This document shows positions 56,500 through 64,000 of a stretch of 64,000 bases of DNA, piece after piece. Each line of letters starts with the position of its first letter. Positions within the stretch are counted from its first letter, which is position 1. Below the pieces are notes generated by a model. That model did not search any database, was not told the origin of the DNA, and saw only the letters and a list, made by a program, of their open reading frames with translations. The DNA is from Basidiobolus meristosporus CBS 931.73 (taxonomy: Eukaryota > Fungi > Basidiobolomycota): NCBI GenBank assembly GCA_002104905.1, contig MCFE01000325.1:1-64000 (forward strand). The letters run 5' to 3'. The translations under genes and the position numbers were made by a program.

Positions 56500-59290
56500 A
56501 CACTTGATATCTTATGAACACAAGTTGGTTGTGTAGGTGGATCCAATGCAGTGCAGCCATTGGGATCCTGCAAGGAGGCTGTCATAATGTCAGCAGCTTG
56601 GAGTTATTGCCCCTCTACACAACCTTATGACAGGATCAAGATGTTGCTTTGCTGAATTCACTGCCAAATAAAGTTAAAAGCTTGACAAACTTTGAGCAGT
56701 CTTTTGACAAGAACTGCATGGCATTCTGATGGTATTAATACTCTGTACATTTATTTGAGCTATCTAACCAGCCAATACATTTGGTTGCCACTTACAGCAA
56801 GAAGCTAAATAGTGTTTTGACAGCCACATTGTGGACCTCTGCTGGAATTGCAACAGTAATATAGTGGCTTGTAGCTAGCTCTGTATAATGCCACTGTGCA
56901 AGCTAACTAAATGGTACTTGCTTTTCTACCCCACTTGTGCTATTCTTATATTCCACAGTAAAATACCCTTCTTTATTTGATTACCTACTACTACCTTTGG
57001 CATTCCATATATAGCTCAAATGAAACAAACTACAGCTTCCTGCTTACTAACCTTTACATATGTGCACACCCACTGCAATTAACATACATCAATCACCACA
57101 AATTTACAGCTTTTCAGTGTAATACCTGTAAAGCTGCCATATACCTTGTATTGCTGGTAACATATACATCTTGCAAATGTATGCATGCTTACCACCACTT
57201 TGCCATGAACACTTCCTGAATATCCCTAAGGAGTTTTTTGCTATTTAGCCTATGTATTTCTTGTCCCTGCTGGATTCTAGTCCCCCTTTAAGGTGCAATC
57301 TTGCTCTTATTTGTGTGAATTTTGTATTGAATGGCCAAGAAATTGGCTTGTGACCAAGAAAAACATGGCATACTTTGGTAAGTTGTCTTGATAATAGTTA
57401 GTTGCTTATTGTGTCCAACTATGCATTACTTAACTGATTATCCACACATTGGGGCTGTTAGCTTCTTAATGCCAAAGGCATTGGTGGCTCCATGTGCACA
57501 TCTGTCCTCAATATTTTCCAACTTTTCCTGGCTGTCCTCCATGTGCCAACTCATCACATCCATCACAGACTTGAATGTAATATTCTTGATGAGATTGTGA
57601 TATGGTAATATCTGTGACTTGGCTTGTCTTTCTATCATCTCACACATCCACTGCATATAGTACTCTCAAAAGGTGAACAAAAGCCCAATATTCTGCTCAC
57701 ACCAAGCAAGATGAGTAGTGAGTAGTTACAGTAGCAACAGTGATCTACATATTTAGCTTCATACTTGTAATACAGCCACTTAAATTTCATTACAAACTCC
57801 TTGCATAATGGCTGCAGATATGCAAAGTTGGCCTAGGTAATCTACTTCTGGATAAATTTTCCTAGAATGTCAACTGATGACTCCCAATTCATCCAATGTA
57901 CACTTGGTAGGAGTGGCTTCAGAAGGCCAGTTGAATAAATATATATCCAGTTCAGGTTGATAAGACTGGGTGGCCAGCAGGATTTGCAAGTGGAATACTT
58001 GTTTAATGAGAATCCATGAAGTGCTAAGGCAAATGCATGGTCATACCCACCTTCAAAGTAGTCCTTGCATCTTTGATTTTTGTGATACTTACTGTTGAAT
58101 TTATTGGATATGTTTGCACTTGATTGGTTCCAAGTGTGGAACTTAATAGCTTCATAATATTTGTTGAGCTGTCTGAGCTTCTTTAGATGGGGTATTACTG
58201 GAATATATCTGGAGTGTGCGTAATGTTTTCAACCTTTGGTGGCAGATTTCTGAAAAGTTGGACACCTTGCAATATTGGCCTTTTCTGATGTGAATGCCAT
58301 ACCCCTGTTAATGCATGCTGGTATCCGGACAGTCTCTGGGCCATATGTTCCCAGCTGCATCATGGCTCTTCATTTGTATCATGTACATGGTAAGCTGTAT
58401 CCTGGAATGGTTTGGAAAGAAGTAGTAGTAGATCTTCAAAGCCCCCATTGCTGATATTTGTAGAAAACACTACTCCTCAAGCCACAACATCACATTATGG
58501 ACCAGTAGATGGATTACTAGGCTTACTTGGCTCCATAGAGTTTCCTCAGCATCTCTTTCTATGGGTGTTGTCTTATTCCTATTGGGGTTTTGGTGGGCTC
58601 ATGCAGGGTACTACTGTTAGGAGAGATAGGCTCACAATCCATCAGTGAGCCATCTTCTTCAGAGCAATCACTCTGTGTGCCATATTCACAAGGCTGTGGT
58701 GAGCTTAAAGGTGTCACAAACTCAGTTGACTCAGTTTGCGCAAGGTGACAAGTACAGCTAGGTGCTATTATAGTAGCATCAAGTGGCCTGCAAGATATTG
58801 TTGGCACAGTAGTGACTGATGAATGGTTAAATAATGACTTGTGTGGCAAAACACTCTCCATCATCCTTGTAATACTTCCTATGCTGTTTGCATGCATCAT
58901 GGCTGAGTGACTTGCTACAATAGCTACTAGGTCTTTTTTCTCTTCTCTTATGGTACTGAATGATAGAAGTGTTCATCATGCAGCAAACAGTCTGACACTC
59001 ACTAATGTACCACTATCATACCACTTTGATGCCAGCAATCATGCATATTCAAGACAGTCATGTATTTGAGATATTGTCCTACATGAATGTATGATTCAAT
59101 GATGACCTGCCATTGTAAGCACTATAAATAAAGTTATGGCACCACTTACACACATATATTTAACAATATTTCCCCTTTGGCTTGACTCACTTCCATATAT
59201 ATGCTGGCAAAAAAAAGCAAAGTTGTCTGGTTCCCAACCAAACCTTACTGTTGATAGCAGCCAAAGAGCAGTTGGACAACAGCTTGCCCA
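56500..59290 (-). mobile_element. CACTA/EnSpm-like element copy 2 (degraded transposase)
   Basis: Reverse complement aligns to 39750-41100 (e.g. CCATGCATTTGCCTTAGCACTTCATGGATTCTC). The C-terminal segment reads MIERQAKSQILPYHNL. Confidence 0.75.
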
Positions 59291-59299
59291 ACAAATGAT

Positions 59300-62200
59300 A
59301 ATCTGGTCCCATGGGTGGATTCAATCCAGATCAGCTGTTAGGATCCCATCAAGAGACTATTATAATACTGGCAACTTGAAATTAATGACCCTCTACACAA
59401 TTTAGGCCTACAGCTAGTTCTGTATAATGCCGCTGTACAAATTTACCAAATGGTATTTCCTTTTTACCTCCCCTTAGGCAATGCTACATGCATCTGGGGA
59501 ATCACCCCACTTTATTTGTCCACCAATTACTACTTTGGGTATTTCATGTGTAGTTTAAAGCAGAAAATACTATGACCTCCTGCTGATTAACCTTTGTAAC
59601 GTGTGCACCAGCCACCATTGACCTATTTCTATCACCTCAGCTTTATGGCTTTTCAGTGTGATACTTGCAAAGCTCCATATACCTTTGATTGCTGGTGGTA
59701 TATACACCTTGCAAAAGTATACTTAGTTGCCACCACTTTTGCCATGAATACCTCCTGAATATCCAAAAAGAGCATTTTGGTATTTAGCTAATATGCTCCT
59801 TCTCCCTGCTTGCTGCTAAGCTTCTTAATGGCAAGGGCACAAGTGATGCTATGTGCAAACTTGTCCTCAGTATCTTACACCACTTCCTGACTATCCTTCA
59901 TGTGCCAACCCATTACATCAATGACTGATTAGAAGGTAAGATTCTTGATGAGATTGAGATCCAGTAGTACTTGCAACTTGACATGTCTCCCTATCTCCCC
60001 TCACATCTGCTTCATAGGAAACTACCAAAATCTGTAGCAAGGCCCAATGTTCTCCACACACCAAGCAAGATGTAGTAGAGAATGGATACAGCAGCAGCAT
60101 AGAGCTACGCATTCAGCTTTATATTTGTAGTATACCTGCTAATATCCTAGCACAAACTCCTTGCACAAAAGCTATTGATGTGTTGGGTTGGCATTGGCAC
60201 TCTGCTTCTGGAAGAATATTCCTAAAATGTCCGCATATGACTCCCAAAAATTCCAATGTTCTCTTAGTAGAAATGGCTACAGAAGGCCACTTGAATAAAT
60301 ATATATCCAGCTCATTCAGTCCTTGCACTTGTATTGTCCTATATGAGTATGAATGTTGATCAGAGCCTGTGAGATGTGCCTGAGGTAGCAGATAATCTGT
60401 AGCATCTTGCCAATTCTTTCAAATCTTTCTGGTATCTTAAAGGGCTCATTGGCTTGAATTCCCCATTTACAACTTGGTCATCAGTAATGGGATATTGTTG
60501 AAGAGCAAATGCATTGCCCCATTGGTAAGCTTATACTCCATCAGATACCCTCTATCTGAAGTATTTCCAGTTTCCAATTCAATCCATATTCTGGCCTACG
60601 GCTTGTAGCTTACCAACTTTGCTGCAATTCCATGCTGACTTCTAAGCTGCGCACAAGCAATTCTGCATGCATTTACACAGTATGGGCTGGTTGCATTAAC
60701 TTGTACCTCAACTCTGGGAACCAAAGAGATTTTGAATGAGTTTTTGCTTCTAATGATTAATGTAATGCATGTCATACTAGTGAAGCTACATGGCATCCAA
60801 GTGCAATATACACAGGACTCATTAAGGTAACAACTTCAAAGTATCAGACAGAGGGTAAGTAAATACCCTAAGGAATTACAATGTGAGGTTCAAGAGGAAA
60901 AATACAGATTGCAAGCAACTGCATCTAGATTGCGACAGCACACCTTGCTGGATTCCTCACCATCCCCTCCACATGTTGGTCCAATCTATGCCAACGCCCT
61001 TCACAAGAGTGCCTTGGATTAAGTCAACCTGCATTTGATCAATACGCATGCTTCAAAAAAAAGATACCAAAACTCACCAGGCTGCTCATTTAGCCACAGG
61101 TCCATTGGAGCAGGCCAAGTTGCATCAGCATGGAACATCACATCAAACACAGCTAGGTGCGGTGCTTCATAGCTTTGCAATACTTGTTGGACTGCCAAAG
61201 CTTCAGTAGATAGGGTATTAATGGGATACATCTAGAGTGAGAATGATATTTTCCTCCATTGGTGGTGGATTTCTGACTAGTTGGACACCTTACAATGGTG
61301 GCATTTTTTGATGTGAATGCCAGGGAGCTGTTAATGCATGCTGGTATCAGGACAGTCTCTGGGTTGTATGTTGCCAGCCACATGACTGTTGTCCATTTAT
61401 TCCATGTATTTGGCAAGTAGCATCCTGGTTGATTTTGGCAAGAAGTGGTAGTAAATCTTCTTCAAAGCTATCACTCTGTGTGCCATATTCAAAAGGCTGG
61501 GGTGAGCCTAAAGGTGTCACAAACTCACCTGACTCAGTTTGTGCAAGGTGACAGGTACAGCCAGGTGTGGTTTTAGAAGTATCAGCTGGCTGATAAGATA
61601 TTATTGGAATAGTAGTGACTGATGACTAGTCAAATGTGACATATGTAGCAAAACACTGGCCATGATCCTTGCAATACTTCCTATGCTGTCTCTTATGGCA
61701 TTGTATCAAAGTAGTCTTGTCCATTAGGTTAACAGTTTGACACTCAGCAATGCAACACTATTATATCATTTTTTGGTCAAATCTCATGTGGATTTAGGAT
61801 AGTCTTGTATTTGAGACATGGCACCTAGATGAATGTCGGATTCAGTGATGACCTGCCATAGCAAGCATTATACACAAAGCTGTGGCATCACCTACACATG
61901 TATGTGTAACATCATCTCCCCTTTGGTCTGACTTACTTCCATATAGATGCAGCCACAAATTAAAGCAAAGTTGTCTGATTCCAACCAAGCCCCAGTTCAA
62001 GCTATAGCAGAAAAGTGGCCAGAAAACTGCTTGCTCTGATATTCAGTGAAACAAGCAGAGCTGCATTCAAAAGGACTATGTTGAGAGTGTGCCCACTGAA
62101 GGTAATAATGCAACTTCTGAGAATCTCAGTAGCCAATGTCACTGCCAAGAATTAAGCCATTTCCTGAGGTAACAGAGGAGAAACAGCATTCAGTCTATGT

Positions 62201-62795
62201 AGCTCATCAACAGTGCTAAAAGGTAAAGCTTACAGAAAAACCTATCATATCAAAGGAGCAAGAGACTGCAGCATTCACACTCAAGCCCAATAATTACAAG
62301 ATAATGAGGATCAATGAAGCTTCTGAGTGCACTGATGAGCAGTGGGCTAATATTCAACAGGCTTTCATAAATGTAATATGGCATCACCTCAAGGCCTGTA
62401 CACCATGGGACTATTACAAGCTCAAGGCCAAGCAGAAAGAGCTTGACCTGGTCCAAGAGCATTATCCTGGATTTAAATAAGCAAAAGATTTTGGGTCTGC
62501 ATCAGGGTACTAAGAAAGCATCTCCAGAGTAGCTGACACTATTGAAGGCAGAAGAAAAAGGGTGCCTTGGTTAAAACAAGAAAATTTCCTCAGAGCCTGT
62601 CATAAGCAGGGCTGAAAGCTCCAAAAAGCAGCATAGAAATATTATGTAATCAGAATAGTTTCTGAAAGGGATAAGTAGGCAAAATCAGATGCTATAGAGC
62701 AGCATTTATTGAGCAGAAAATTTAGCTAATACAGAAAGCACTCAGTGCAAGGAGCAGTAAATTCAGCTTCAGAGGGTGTTAAGCAGGTAGAGCTG
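59300..62795 (-). mobile_element. CACTA/EnSpm-like element copy 3 (degraded transposase on -, ORF2 remnant on + at ~62080-62790), head-to-tail with copy 2
   Basis: LATYNPETVLIPACINSSLAFTS. CCACTGAAGGTAATAATG at ~62093 matches the ORF2 start in copy 1. Confidence 0.72.
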
Positions 62796-62799
62796 TTGT

Positions 62800-63386
62800 T
62801 GGGCAACTATTCTTGATGTACACTCCAGTAGCAAAAAATTCTGCAACAAACATATGGGCTATTGCCTTGTCATATTGTATATATCTTCCCACCAATACTA
62901 TTATTCTATTTGCATATTTGGCTACTCCATTTTGCTAAAGAGTATTTAAAACAGTGTCCTCTTTAAGTATACAAGTAATTGGGCTGTACTTTGCAAGCTG
63001 CTTACAACAGTGCTGTACTTCATTGTCACTTGAAATGCAAATTTTAGTCCCTGAGTAGTTACAGCAAGTTGTCCTGTGGCTTCTTTCTGATGTTGACAAA
63101 CTTACTTTTTAAACAAGCTTACTTGATTCTGACGTTACTCTGAGGATCTTCTCTAGGGATTTGCATGCTGCTGTGGCAGAATTAGAAGCATGAGCTTTCC
63201 AATGATAGAATATTCACATTGATACATATATTTTCCAAGGCTTTCCTCTTCTTTTCTTAAAACCTGTCAGCTCCTTCTGATATTACTGCCAAAAAGACAG
63301 GGAATGAGGCTCTGGAGAAATTCAGGCACTTTGGGAACATGGCAAAAACACAAAATTGGTTTAAGTTGAAGGTGATGACATTACAA
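62800..63386 (-). mobile_element. Highly deleted Copia B-like gag/integrase fragments
   Basis: VYIKN-like and KSLEKI.R..S.SSKL-like segments align with element B. Confidence 0.55.
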
Positions 63387-63734
63387 TGTTGTATAAAAAC
63401 TTGTAATTCAACCTATATACTTACCTAGCTGAGTCACATAGATCATGACCTTAAAATCCCAGAGAACACTAATCAGGTTACTTGTCAGGACTGATTTAGA
63501 ATGCTCTCATCAAAACATCAGGCACCCAGAAAACAAGACCTACTAATGTATGCAAACAGCCCCAAGCTTGGCACACTTGCTCTTGGGACCTTCCTAAACA
63601 TACTCTGTGTGTTTGTTATGCTATGATCATATAAAGTACATATACTACTTTGTATTCAATAAGTTATTAAATGAAAACCACTTCATCTACTTGTTCTCCC
63701 AGATGCCTCCAATATCTTTAAGACTCCTCCAACA
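63387..63734 (+). mobile_element. Isolated Copia LTR (348 bp, same broad LTR family)
   Basis: TGTTGT...CCAACA, with internal CAAACAGCCCCAAGCTT and AAATGAAAACCAC..CTACTTGTTCTCCCA blocks. Confidence 0.8.
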
Positions 63735-64000
63735 CAATGGAGGGGAATGCTGCTCTAAGAAGCTCAAGATATACTACCCTATTGCTGGTATACCGCATCT
63801 AATCATTGTTCCCCATGCCTCACAGCCAAATGGAGTAGCAAGTTGTGCAAGCAGGACAATAGGAGAGAGGAGAAGTTCTGCACTATATGATAAAGGACTA
63901 CACCACTGTTCCTAGGAAAAATCTGTTACTGCCACAGTATACATCAAGAATAGATGCCCAATAACAGCACTACTTAACTTGGCCCCTTTTGAGGGAGGTA
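63735..64000 (+). mobile_element. Copia integrase core fragment
   Basis: NGGE.CS, PNGVA, TATVYIKNRCP. Confidence 0.75.

Larger units (their letters stand above)
37340..64000. other. CpG-depleted, AT-richer nested transposon block (putative methylated heterochromatin)
   Basis: CG dinucleotides become rare and TG/CA abundant. TE ORFs carry stops and CGN-codon decay (KRILRY to KWILRY, HFIRE to HFICE, TRPDI to TCPDI, CRMC to CHMC). Confidence 0.85.

Overview
Eukaryotic genomic DNA from a fungus. Short GT-AG introns with (TA)CTAAC branch points, ABCA transporters, a fungal protoglobin-type globin and a fused ADC synthase suggest an early-diverging lineage (Zoopagomycota/Mucoromycota-like); the taxon is inferred, not established. 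The window has two sharply different halves. (1) 1-37.3 kb is gene-dense and CpG-rich. It contains a tandem array of membrane-tailed globins (3 copies, one cut by the window edge) and CNT nucleoside transporters (2 copies), a head-to-head pair of half-size ABCA transporters, aminodeoxychorismate synthase, nibrin/NBS1, eRF3/Sup35, Yippee, a DH-PH RhoGEF, acyl-CoA oxidase (apparent frameshift), a G-patch/C2H2 protein and a SETD6/Rkm4-like methyltransferase. (2) From ~37.35 kb to the end is a CpG-depleted stack of nested, dead transposons. It holds Ty1/Copia elements with a half-tRNAiMet primer site (one inserted inverted into its own family), solo LTRs, three to four CACTA/EnSpm-like transposase copies and a 734-bp fold-back MITE. 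The best candidates for new biology are: the divergent ABCA N-half/C-half pair (a possible gene split by inversion, or a heterodimer with one degenerate ATP site); the concertedly evolving globin+CNT array that escapes the CpG decay seen in TEs; gene conversion inside a Copia inverted repeat; and a TIR transposon family inserting at the same 9-mer inside Copia sequences. Exon boundaries and identities were read by eye and are approximate.
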